From: Gemmatimonadales bacterium
Lineage (GTDB): Bacteria; Gemmatimonadota; Gemmatimonadetes; Gemmatimonadales; GWC2-71-9
Direction: 5' to 3'
Length of the DNA: 64,000 nt
Assembly (NCBI GenBank): GCA_041615815.1
Contig: JBFJCP010000020.1
Span: 28,270-92,269 of the forward strand
Shown here: positions 20,705 to 30,463 of the stretch, one piece after another
How positions within the stretch are numbered: position 1 is the stretch's first letter
How the letters are laid out: each line of letters starts with the position of its first letter
Made by a program: the position numbers and the translations under genes
Notes under the pieces: generated by a model
What the model was told of the DNA's origin: nothing
What the model saw: only the letters and a program-made list of their open reading frames with translations
Database searches by the model: none

Positions 20705-21343
20705 TCAAAAATGAAACTCCTGCACCTCGGGATCCCCCAACAGCGCGCTGGTGACGCGATCATGGCGCTTGAGTGATCCCCAGACTTGCCAGGTACACGT
20801 CATTTTATCACCGGACTTGGTCTGTCGATGACTTCGCACCGACATGCCCAGGTCACGAAACCGCTGCTCCAGCTGTTCGAACTTCCCGGGAATGATGCCG
20901 CACACCACCCGGTACGTGCGCATCTCGCTCGAACGATCGATGGCGTGCTCGAGAATTGGGAAGAGCCAGAGCACGATCAGGGCTGCCCCGAGCGCCACGC
21001 CTACGAACGCGTATTGTCCACCCCCGATCCCCATCCCCAGGGCGGCGACGAGCCAGATGGTGGCCGCGGTGGTCAGTCCCACAACCCGGCCGCCGTCGCG
21101 CAAGATGGCCCCAGCTCCGAGAAAGCCGATCCCGGTGACGACGTTGGCGGCAATCCGGGCAGGATCGCCTTCGCCGGCGAGTTTTGCCGAGAATATGGTG
21201 AATAGGGTCGCGCCAACACAGATGAAGATATTGGTTCGAAAACCAGCGGCCTTGTCACGGAATTCCCTTTCCGCACCGATGAGGCCGCCCACCAAGACCG
21301 CGAGCAGGAGCTTGATCAGATCTTGTAGCTCAAAGAGGAACAT
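20705..21343 (-). CDS. mgtC: MgtC/SapB family protein
   Basis: IGAERE, AGFRT, RIAANVVTGIGFLGAG, GLTTAATIW, ACT-like C-terminus. Confidence 0.92.
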   Translation of the reverse strand: MFLFELQDLIKLLLAVLVGGLIGAEREFRDKAAGFRTNIFICVGATLFTIFSAKLAGEGDPARIAANVVTGIGFLGAGAILRDGGRVVGLTTAATIWLVAALGMGIGGGQYAFVGVALGAALIVLWLFPILEHAIDRSSEMRTYRVVCGIIPGKFEQLEQRFRDLGMSVRSHRQTKSGDKMTCTWQVWGSLKRHDRVTSALLGDPEVQEFHF

Positions 21344-21619
21344 GGGTCCTTCCCACGCGTAGCAACCGGAACAAAGCGCGTCGCCAACTTAGGAACGGAC
21401 CTGGCTGGCGTCCAGCCATCCAGATCGATTCCCTTCTCCGAGACCCGTGATGTGAGGGTATCCATGCACGCGGCGCCGTGTTGTCAGCTGGCGTGGACGG
21501 CTGAGAGGCCAAGCGGCTGGGCCACAGGGCGTGAACTCACCCACCCGATTCGGGTATCTTTCGACACCGCTTGAGGACCAAGCTCGTTCCGCTTGAACGT
21601 CGATACTCGGAGATGGTGT

Positions 21620-23305
21620 ATGCGAGGCATTCGGTTGGCATCCGCGCTGTCAGTCTCGAGCCTCGTGCTCGTCTCACCTCTCGTCGCGCAAGAACCGGAT
21701 TCGGTCTCTCTTCCCGCCGCCGTCGCCCGTCTTCAGGCCCAGGAGTGGGAAGCCGCCGCCAGAATCCTCGAGGCGCTCACGGCCCGTGAGCCGGACAACG
21801 CCCGCGCGTGGGCCCTCCTGGGATTTGCGCTCCACTCCGCTGGCGAGCTGGATCGCGCACTGACGGCGCACCTTCGCGCGACCGAGTTCGAGCAAACGGC
21901 TCCCACGGCCACCTACAACGTGGCCATGGTGTATGCGCGCAAGAACGACACGGACCGGGCCTTCGAATGGCTCCACAAGGCAGAGGTTACGGGCAAAGTG
22001 GATTTGACTCAGCTCGGGATCGATCCGGATGCCGAGTCGTTACGCGATGACCCACGCTATGCGGCCTTGTTTCCATCGCCCGCGGAGTTCGCCGATCCCT
22101 TCGTCGAGTCCGTTTCCATCATTCGGGAGTGGCAGGGCGAAGCTGCGGGAGACGAGTTTGGGTGGATTGCGCGCAATGTCGGGGATGTGGATGGCGACGG
22201 TATCCACGACGTGACCACGTCCGCGCCATCGGCGGCGGCGAACGGCGGTGCCAACGCCGGCAAGGTCTACGTGTTCTCCAGCGTGACGGGCGACTTGCGA
22301 TGGAAACGCACCGGGGAGCCGGGTCACCGATTGGGCCTCGGGATCGAAGCCGCGGGAGACGTGGACGGTGACGGCATCCCGGACGTGATCGCCGGGGCCC
22401 CTGGAGGCGGCCGCGCGTACGTCTTCTCGGGTGAGAACGGCATGGTACTCCACACGTTCGAAGCGGAGGACCCGGGCGATCTCTTTGGCCGCAAAGTGTC
22501 CGATCTCGGAGACGTGAACGGCGACGGATACGCCGACGTGATCGTCGGTGCGCCCGGCCATGACGGGAGGGGCCAGGATGCCGGACGCGCGTACGTGTAT
22601 TCGGGGCGAGATGGGTCGCTGCTGCTGACGCTCGACGGCGAAAAGGCCGGGGACCGATTCGGGAGCGCCGCCGCAGGGCTGGTGGCCAACAACCGGATCT
22701 TCATCGTCGTGGGCGCCCCTGGCGCCGGCGGGGAAGGTCGCGGCCGGACGTACGTGTATACCTCGCTGGCGATCACGCCCGCATTCGTGATCGACGCGGA
22801 CGATACGGGCGCGAGTCTCGGGGGCATGTTCGTGTCAGTGGTCGGCGACGTCAATGGTGACGGCATTCAGGACGTCTACGCCTCGGACTGGTCGAACGCA
22901 GCGTACGGGCCCACCACCGGACGGATCTACATTCATTCGGGGGCAGACGGAACACGCCTCCACACGTTCACCGGTGAAGCTGCCGGGGACGGGTTCGGCA
23001 TTGGGCCGGCGGACGCCGGCGACGTAGACGGTGACGGCGCGGCCGATCTCGTCGTGGGGGCGTGGCGGCACGCTGGAGCGGCCCCCATGGGCGGCAAGAT
23101 CTACGTGTTCTCCGGCCGGGACGGGCGTGTGCTTCGGACTTACACAGGCAAGGTCTCGGGAGAAACCCTCGGATTCGACGCCACGGGTATGGGTGACGTG
23201 AACGGCGACGGCATCAGCGACTTCCTCGTGACGTCCGCGTGGAGTGCTGTGAACGGATCCCGATCGGGCCGAATGTACATCGTGTCAGGTGAGCTGCCAC
23301 GATGA
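21620..23305 (+). CDS. Secreted TPR plus FG-GAP (integrin-alpha-like) beta-propeller protein
   Basis: Signal peptide, TPR region, six GD(V/L)(D/N)GDG..D blades plus one degenerate blade. Confidence 0.88.
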   Translation: MRGIRLASALSVSSLVLVSPLVAQEPDSVSLPAAVARLQAQEWEAAARILEALTAREPDNARAWALLGFALHSAGELDRALTAHLRATEFEQTAPTATYNVAMVYARKNDTDRAFEWLHKAEVTGKVDLTQLGIDPDAESLRDDPRYAALFPSPAEFADPFVESVSIIREWQGEAAGDEFGWIARNVGDVDGDGIHDVTTSAPSAAANGGANAGKVYVFSSVTGDLRWKRTGEPGHRLGLGIEAAGDVDGDGIPDVIAGAPGGGRAYVFSGENGMVLHTFEAEDPGDLFGRKVSDLGDVNGDGYADVIVGAPGHDGRGQDAGRAYVYSGRDGSLLLTLDGEKAGDRFGSAAAGLVANNRIFIVVGAPGAGGEGRGRTYVYTSLAITPAFVIDADDTGASLGGMFVSVVGDVNGDGIQDVYASDWSNAAYGPTTGRIYIHSGADGTRLHTFTGEAAGDGFGIGPADAGDVDGDGAADLVVGAWRHAGAAPMGGKIYVFSGRDGRVLRTYTGKVSGETLGFDATGMGDVNGDGISDFLVTSAWSAVNGSRSGRMYIVSGELPR

Positions 23306-23378
23306 GGACGAGGTTCGGGAAACTCACCGCGGGCGAGGTAGCCGCCCGATCTTCGGCGAATCCGGCGCCACGAGCGTG

Positions 23379-23600
23379 TTACGTGGTCCGTATTTCTTTC
23401 AGCACCCGTCGCAGCGTCGCCATGGCCGAGAAGAGGGCGATGACGATCACCAAGAATCCGATTTGCAGCACCCGCCATTCCAGCGAGAGGTCGCCTTCAC
23501 CGTGCCAAATGTCGGTAAGCGCCAAGTGGCACACGACGACCGCCGCCAGGGCGACGATCCCGAGCAGAAACGATCGCTGCGCACTCGTTCGCAGGGTCAC
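23379..23600 (-). CDS. Small two-TM hypothetical protein
   Basis: Strong AAGGAGGT SD before GTG; two hydrophobic helices. Confidence 0.65.
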   Translation of the reverse strand: MTLRTSAQRSFLLGIVALAAVVVCHLALTDIWHGEGDLSLEWRVLQIGFLVIVIALFSAMATLRRVLKEIRTT

Positions 23601-23619
23601 GATACCTCCTTTGCTCCGA

Positions 23620-23886
23620 TCAGGCGTTCTTTGATGCCGCGCCGCTGGCGCGGACACGCGCCAGCGTGTACGCGGCAATGGCAATCCAGACGACGTTCAC
23701 GAACGTGGAGGGATACGCACGGTAGTACGCCGTGTTGACGATCAAGCCCAGACTGCCCACGACGTTGAGGGCCTGGTACCCGATCGAATGGCCAACGAAT
23801 CGCCCTCGTGAAATGAGCGCATACGCCACGAGGAGGGCCGCGGCTCCTACCCACCCCAGGAGATCTACCAGGAGGTTCACCGTCAT
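23620..23886 (-). CDS. Small membrane protein (CBU_0592-like)
   Basis: GWVGA...LVAYAL, YQALNVVGS..L, NVVWIAIA pattern. Confidence 0.75.
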   Translation of the reverse strand: MTVNLLVDLLGWVGAAALLVAYALISRGRFVGHSIGYQALNVVGSLGLIVNTAYYRAYPSTFVNVVWIAIAAYTLARVRASGAASKNA

Positions 23887-23981
23887 GGATCTTCGCCTTG
23901 TTGAGCATCGCCGGAACCCTTGGCCCCTTGCCGATCCCGCCAGTGGGAACAAAATATGCAGCACCGCGTAGCGTAATGACC

Positions 23982-25328
23982 ATGAAAAATGGCAGTCCGA
24001 GCCTCGTCCTCGCCATCATGGCGATCCTACCGCTCATCGGCGGTTGCGACGGGAACGATCCACTTCGCGGCTACTTCGTGGGATCGACGCCCAGGGAGCG
24101 ATATGCGGAGTCCCTGAGCGCCGCAGGTCTTGCGCGCACGGCGCTCGCCCGCGATTGGCTGGCGGCCGGGGAGCAAGCTCTTCGGATTCCGACCCGGATC
24201 CCGACCCCGTATCGCGAGCTCGGCTACCTAGATCCCTCCGAGCCCCGGGCTGAGGCGTACCGGGTGGAGCTGCGTCGCGGACAGCGCCTCGCCGCGCATA
24301 TAGCCGTCGAGACGGACAGCACCTTCACGTTCTTCATGGATCTCCTGGTGGTGCGCGAGAGTGGAAGTCACGGAGACCCGGTACTGCTCGCGACGGCCGA
24401 CACGATCACCCCCTCCCTCGACTATGTGGCACGGCGGGACGGTGTGTATCTGCTCCGTATCCAGCCAGAACTTCTCCGCGGCGGTCGCTACACGCTCACC
24501 GTCGAGGTGACGGCTTCGCTCGCGTTCCCCGTGCTCGGTCGCGACGCGCGGGCCATTCGCAGCCAGTTCGGCGCACCGCGCGACGGCGGAAGACGGCAGC
24601 ACCACGGGGTGGATATCTTCGCACCCCGAGGGACCCCCGTGTTGGCCTCCTCACCCGGCCGAGTGCGGCGGGTGAGCGACAGCCGCCTCGGTGGCAAGGT
24701 CGTCTGGTTACGGGATGCCGAGGTGGGTTATTCGCTCTACTACGCACACCTGGACAGCCAGGCGGTCCGGCGCGGGCAGCTGGTGCATCCCGGCGACACG
24801 GTAGGCTTCGTGGGCAACACCGGGAACGCCCGGACTACGCCTCCCCATCTGCACTTTGGCATCTACATGCGGGGAACGGGTCCTGTCGATCCGACGCCCT
24901 TCCTGGAGCTGCCGCCTGGATCGACTCCGACCCTCCGAGCGGGACTCGACCAAGTTGGTCGATGGGCGCGAATAACCGGGGATCAGGTGCGGCTACGAGA
25001 ACGTCCCGGCGGCAGAACCCAGGTTCTGGCCGAGCTTCCCCAGCACACGACGGTGCGAGTCTTGGCGGCCACTGGTTCCTGGTATCGGGTCGGGCTGCCG
25101 ACTGGGGGTCAGGGATTCGTCTCGGCGGAGTTGGTCGAGACGGCCGAGCGGCCCATCGGATCGCGGTTGATTCCAGGGGGCGCCGTGGTCCGGCGGCACC
25201 CCGTGGAGAACGCCGCGCCCGTGGACCTGATGGAGCTCGACGCGTCGGTTCCGGTGCTCGGGGTCTTCGGCGGCTACGCCCTGGTCACAACTCCCAACGG
25301 GCGCAACGGCTGGGTCGTGGTCGAGTGA
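23982..25328 (+). CDS. M23 metallopeptidase lipoprotein with C-terminal SH3b-like domains
   Basis: IGG-C lipobox, HHGVDIF, YAHL, HLHF, SH3b-like tail. Confidence 0.9.
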   Translation: MKNGSPSLVLAIMAILPLIGGCDGNDPLRGYFVGSTPRERYAESLSAAGLARTALARDWLAAGEQALRIPTRIPTPYRELGYLDPSEPRAEAYRVELRRGQRLAAHIAVETDSTFTFFMDLLVVRESGSHGDPVLLATADTITPSLDYVARRDGVYLLRIQPELLRGGRYTLTVEVTASLAFPVLGRDARAIRSQFGAPRDGGRRQHHGVDIFAPRGTPVLASSPGRVRRVSDSRLGGKVVWLRDAEVGYSLYYAHLDSQAVRRGQLVHPGDTVGFVGNTGNARTTPPHLHFGIYMRGTGPVDPTPFLELPPGSTPTLRAGLDQVGRWARITGDQVRLRERPGGRTQVLAELPQHTTVRVLAATGSWYRVGLPTGGQGFVSAELVETAERPIGSRLIPGGAVVRRHPVENAAPVDLMELDASVPVLGVFGGYALVTTPNGRNGWVVVE

Positions 25329-25352
25329 TCGAGCTCGCGACGGATTGACCTC

Positions 25353-25727
25353 TCAACCCGTCTCCCACCACGCCACTTCTCCCTCGTGCCCGCACTGAAA
25401 ACAGTGCGCTTCCGCCGGTTCGCCCCACAGACGCATCCGCATGGAACAGGAGGGGCACACGGCGTAACGCCGGCCCAGATCAGCCCGGGTCCCACGTGCC
25501 GGGTTGGGGTCCAGCGTGGCACGATAGACCACGGTGAAGCGTGCGGGACGAGCGGGTCGAACTTCCACGAGGTGCCGCGGAAGCATGACGTAGCGCTCCC
25601 GAACGTCCAGCATCACGAAGCTGGACCCGTGGTTCACGATCGGGTACCACGCACCCTGTCTGAGCATCGGATCGGTGTGTGGGCGTGCCAGGGCAAACAA
25701 GCGCGCCCAGCCAAGTGGCTCTGACAT
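25353..25727 (-). CDS. Hypothetical protein with C-terminal Zn ribbon
   Basis: CPSC...CFQCGH; coherent ORF between genes. Confidence 0.7.
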   Translation of the reverse strand: MSEPLGWARLFALARPHTDPMLRQGAWYPIVNHGSSFVMLDVRERYVMLPRHLVEVRPARPARFTVVYRATLDPNPARGTRADLGRRYAVCPSCSMRMRLWGEPAEAHCFQCGHEGEVAWWETG

Positions 25728-25831
25728 ATGCAATCGACATGTTGGAGATGTTGGACTGCGGGCGCGGACCCCCAAGGTGGGCATGCCCTAGGCGGACCGC
25801 TGTGATGGATACCACAGAGGGGAGTTGAGAT

Positions 25832-26890
<1,059 letters not shown>

Positions 26891-26899
26891 CGATGCGTG

Positions 26900-26932
26900 A
26901 AGACCCCCGACTCGCACCGAGCCGGGGGTCTT
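26900..26932 (-). terminator. GC-rich hairpin at the end of cytochrome cluster 1
   Basis: AAGACCCCCGGCTCG-GTG-CGAGTCGGGGGTCTT, 15-bp stem with one G-U pair; weak U-tract. Confidence 0.55.
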
Positions 26933-26962
26933 TGCGCCATCGGGGCCTCGTGCTTCGGAGCC

Positions 26963-27472
26963 TTACCGACGGGCGTAGACGGTCCGTTTGCCCTCGGGAT
27001 CAAACAGCACGACATCGTACGGGTCCTTCCGGGCGCCTTCCATGCCGGGGGATCCCATCGGCATCCCGGGTACGGCCAGTCCGGTGGCCTTGGGCCGCTC
27101 CGCGAGCAATTGGCGAATCACGTCGGCCGGGACGTGTCCCTCGATCACGTAACCGTCGATGACGGCCGTGTGACATGAGAAGAGGTCGCGCGGGACCCCG
27201 GCGGTCGCCTTCACCTCGGTGAGGTCATTGACGTCCTGCGTCACGACCTTGAATCCATGTTCCTGAAGATGGTCTGCCCAGAGTGAGCAACAGCCACACG
27301 TGGGTGACTTGTAAACGAGCGCTTCCGTTTGGGACTGGTCCGCTCGTGCCAGGGTGGCCGGCGGCGCGTTCGACTCTGCAGTCCGGGCATCGGCGCCCGA
27401 GCAGGCGGTGGCTCCCGCAAGCACCGCCGTCAGGACCGCGGCGGCCGGTAGTCGATCAATCGACACTCGCAT
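26963..27472 (-). CDS. DUF411 family metal-binding lipoprotein
   Basis: KSPTCGCC, SCHTA, EGHVPA, LAVPGMPMGSPGME. Confidence 0.9.
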   Translation of the reverse strand: MRVSIDRLPAAAVLTAVLAGATACSGADARTAESNAPPATLARADQSQTEALVYKSPTCGCCSLWADHLQEHGFKVVTQDVNDLTEVKATAGVPRDLFSCHTAVIDGYVIEGHVPADVIRQLLAERPKATGLAVPGMPMGSPGMEGARKDPYDVVLFDPEGKRTVYARR

Positions 27473-27500
27473 CCGTTCTTCCTTTCGGTGAAACCCCGAC

Positions 27501-28958
27501 TCACTCCGAGCCGGGTATGACCGCTCCATGACAGGCTGTACACATCTCGGGATTCCGGCGCCGCAGTCGATCCGCGTCGAAATCCGGGCCGTGGGGATTG
27601 AACCGGCGTCCCCCCAGCGCCGAGTGACAAGTTACACAATCTCGCTCGGTGTGGCAGGAGACGCACGATTCCAAGTTCTGCCGCGCCGCTGGGCCGTGAC
27701 CCAAGATGAAGGCTTGTTTGGCGTCATGATACCCCACGCTCAGGCGACGTTCCGCCACGAGTCCGGCACTGGCATGGCAAGCCGCGCAGTATTGGGCGGG
27801 ATTGTGGCAGTCGCTGCAGGACGACTCTCGGGCGTACGCCGCCGCCGGATGACGCGTGAGAAACCCGTTGCCGTGATAGCCCGGCGATCCGGCTCCCACA
27901 CCCGGAATGTGACAATCGAGACAGTCAGACCGCACGTGGCATCCTGCACACGTTTGCGGAGCGGCTGCAGCTTCGACTGCGTGCTGTTCAAGGAAGAAGT
28001 TTCCGTGATTGAGGGGCGGCTCTCGCTCGACGATGGCCCCTACTCCCCGTTGGGGACTCCTCTGATACATCGCGCTTACCACTCGCGGCGCGGCCAGGTG
28101 ACATTCCAGGCAACTTTCCTGCGTGTGACAGGTACGGCATTCTGCGGGTTCGCTCGTGGCGGAAGGACCATGGCTCGTGAGGAAGCGTGAGTCGGTATGC
28201 GAGTCCGGTGCCTCGAGCGTCGCGGCGTGCACCAGCGAGCGCGGGTCAGGTGACAGCGCTTGAATGGCCACCTGCTCTGGCGCATCCACATGACATTGCA
28301 TACAGAAGTCGCGCGCGTGGCACACCGCACACGCGACCGCCGCACCCTCCGGGGTGGCCGGCGCCAGCACGGGCTCGTAGCCGATCAGCCCATGTCCGCT
28401 GCGACCCGCAAAGTCCGGTTCCTCGTGCGACGACGGTGCCGGGAAGTCGGCAATGTCCGATTCCGTGAGACGAACGGCGCGTGCCAACGAAACGTGGCAC
28501 ATGGCGCAATCGGTCTCCGCCACCGCGTAATGGGTTTCTCGGATCTCGTGGCAGTCGAGACACTGTTCCACCACCGCCAACTGCACATACATCCACGCGC
28601 TGTCGGGAAACGAGTGGCAGTCGACACAGCGAGCGGGCTCGCGCCCCGCGCCGCTCAGCGTATCGGCGTGCTCGGCATGGTCGAACGCGAGATTCGTTCG
28701 GGGAGGATCCACCGGGCCGTCCCATTCCACGCGCTCTTCCACCTCTCCGTCGTGGCACTCGGCGCACGACGGGGGGTCGGGATAGAGGGCTGCCCCCGGT
28801 ATTTCGATGCCAGCGTGGCAGCTCACGCAACTCGGAAACAGGCCACGATGCTCCACATGATCAAACGCATCCTGTTGGAAACCCGCGAGCGCCAATCCAA
28901 CCCCGCCCAGGGCAGCGGAACCCGCGAGAAGGATGGCCGTGAGCCACCGAGCACTCAC
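27501..28958 (-). CDS. Periplasmic 16-heme cytochrome c (cluster 1)
   Basis: Signal peptide; 16 CxxCH counted. Confidence 0.93.
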   Translation of the reverse strand: MSARWLTAILLAGSAALGGVGLALAGFQQDAFDHVEHRGLFPSCVSCHAGIEIPGAALYPDPPSCAECHDGEVEERVEWDGPVDPPRTNLAFDHAEHADTLSGAGREPARCVDCHSFPDSAWMYVQLAVVEQCLDCHEIRETHYAVAETDCAMCHVSLARAVRLTESDIADFPAPSSHEEPDFAGRSGHGLIGYEPVLAPATPEGAAVACAVCHARDFCMQCHVDAPEQVAIQALSPDPRSLVHAATLEAPDSHTDSRFLTSHGPSATSEPAECRTCHTQESCLECHLAAPRVVSAMYQRSPQRGVGAIVEREPPLNHGNFFLEQHAVEAAAAPQTCAGCHVRSDCLDCHIPGVGAGSPGYHGNGFLTRHPAAAYARESSCSDCHNPAQYCAACHASAGLVAERRLSVGYHDAKQAFILGHGPAARQNLESCVSCHTERDCVTCHSALGGRRFNPHGPDFDADRLRRRNPEMCTACHGAVIPGSE

Positions 28959-30463
28959 CGCGTCCTCGGCACGTCGGGGATTCGCAGGATCGCCGGATGC
29001 AGCCCTCCTTCACTGCCCCCGGACCCGAAAACGAACCGCACACCGGCGTTAACCCGAACCTGATCCCAATCCAGCCGCGCCGCATCCGGCCTCCGGCGCA
29101 CTTCGTCATACCGGTGCACCTCGAGAAGCAGACCCACGGCCGCGTGGGGTTGGTAGTCGACGCGAAATCCGTAGGTCCACACCTTCGCGTCGTCGAAGCG
29201 GAACTCGAGTGGTCGTTGTAACGTCCCCACCAGGGCGGTCGCAGCGAACTCCTCGATGGGCTGGACGCTGACGCCGCCCTCGAATCCCAACGACGCGGCA
29301 CCAGGACCGAAGTCGGCGTGATACTCCCCGAAGACGGTCCAGGGATCGAAACGCGAAACGGTCGCTCCCCACGCCCACCGCCATCCGTCGTCTTCGAACC
29401 GGGCGAGCCCGGTCTGGGCTTCGCTGTCGTCGAACCGATAGACCTCGCCTCTCGCGCGGACCTCCACACCATCGATGGGCCTGACCGCTGCCGAGCCAAA
29501 CAGCGCACGGTACGGCGTGGGACTGAAGGCGCCCCAAATGGTCCACAGATCGAAGTGTGGGCGATACCGCCGCCCGCCAGCCGTGACATGGACGAGGGCG
29601 TGGGGGTGGACCCAACCAACACGGGCCTCAGCGGTCCCCCAATAGTCGAACGACAGGTCGTAGTCCGCGCCGCCCGCGATGGTCAGACCGCGGAGGGGAT
29701 ATAGCGCCCCTTCGAACGCCACGCGCTCGGTCACGAACAGATCGACGGCCGGATCGACTTCACGTTGGTAGAGAACGCTCGCCTCGACCGGCCCGGCGGA
29801 CCAACCCAACCGCGTGCCCACGACGAGTTGCCGATCGCGAGGCTGAAAATCATCGAGTGGGTTGAGCGCGTCGCTCGTCACCGGCAGCGCGATGCCACGG
29901 GCAAGCCCCCACCCTCCGTACCCCAATACCCGCAAGGATGGGAGCGGCCGCACCTCCACCCGGGCACCGTCGAAGCCGGTGAACCCGAACCGCGACACGA
30001 CGTGGGTCCTGCCAAGCTGCGCGGTCACGTAACGTGACGCGTACTCCGCGTACCCCTCGAGGAGTTGGACCGCCGGGTCGGTGCCCGGCCACGTGTCCAC
30101 GTCACCCAGGTCCGCACCGATACGGAGCTTCCCTCGTACCGTGAGACCGGGGATCCCCAGCCCCCAGACAGCGACATCAGCGGTCGTGACCAGCGGACCA
30201 CCCTGACGCTCAGGACCAGGACGGAAGAACGTGCAGAACGCCAGTCCCGAAAAACACTGGGCGGCGATCCCGTCAGGCGTCAGGAACCCACCGGACGGTC
30301 CCATCACGGCGTCCGATGCCGGGATGCTGTCCAGTTGGACACCCCGGAACGCCACCGACTGGAGTCGCGTATCCAGCCGGACGCGATACCCTTGGGCCGG
30401 CAGCAGCGCGGGCATGAGCGCCGCGAGCATCGCGACCACCACGCAGCGACCCATCATCGTCAA
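28955..30463 (-). CDS. Putative outer-membrane beta-barrel (porin) of a porin-cytochrome complex (cluster 1)
   Basis: Signal peptide, heme-free, amphipathic strands rich in aromatics and Gly, translationally coupled between multiheme genes. Confidence 0.75.
   Translation of the reverse strand: MTMMGRCVVVAMLAALMPALLPAQGYRVRLDTRLQSVAFRGVQLDSIPASDAVMGPSGGFLTPDGIAAQCFSGLAFCTFFRPGPERQGGPLVTTADVAVWGLGIPGLTVRGKLRIGADLGDVDTWPGTDPAVQLLEGYAEYASRYVTAQLGRTHVVSRFGFTGFDGARVEVRPLPSLRVLGYGGWGLARGIALPVTSDALNPLDDFQPRDRQLVVGTRLGWSAGPVEASVLYQREVDPAVDLFVTERVAFEGALYPLRGLTIAGGADYDLSFDYWGTAEARVGWVHPHALVHVTAGGRRYRPHFDLWTIWGAFSPTPYRALFGSAAVRPIDGVEVRARGEVYRFDDSEAQTGLARFEDDGWRWAWGATVSRFDPWTVFGEYHADFGPGAASLGFEGGVSVQPIEEFAATALVGTLQRPLEFRFDDAKVWTYGFRVDYQPHAAVGLLLEVHRYDEVRRRPDAARLDWDQVRVNAGVRFVFGSGGSEGGLHPAILRIPDVPRTR

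Noticed and set aside
21344..21619. M-box riboswitch upstream of mgtC
   Set aside because: No recognisable ykoK consensus elements on the minus strand
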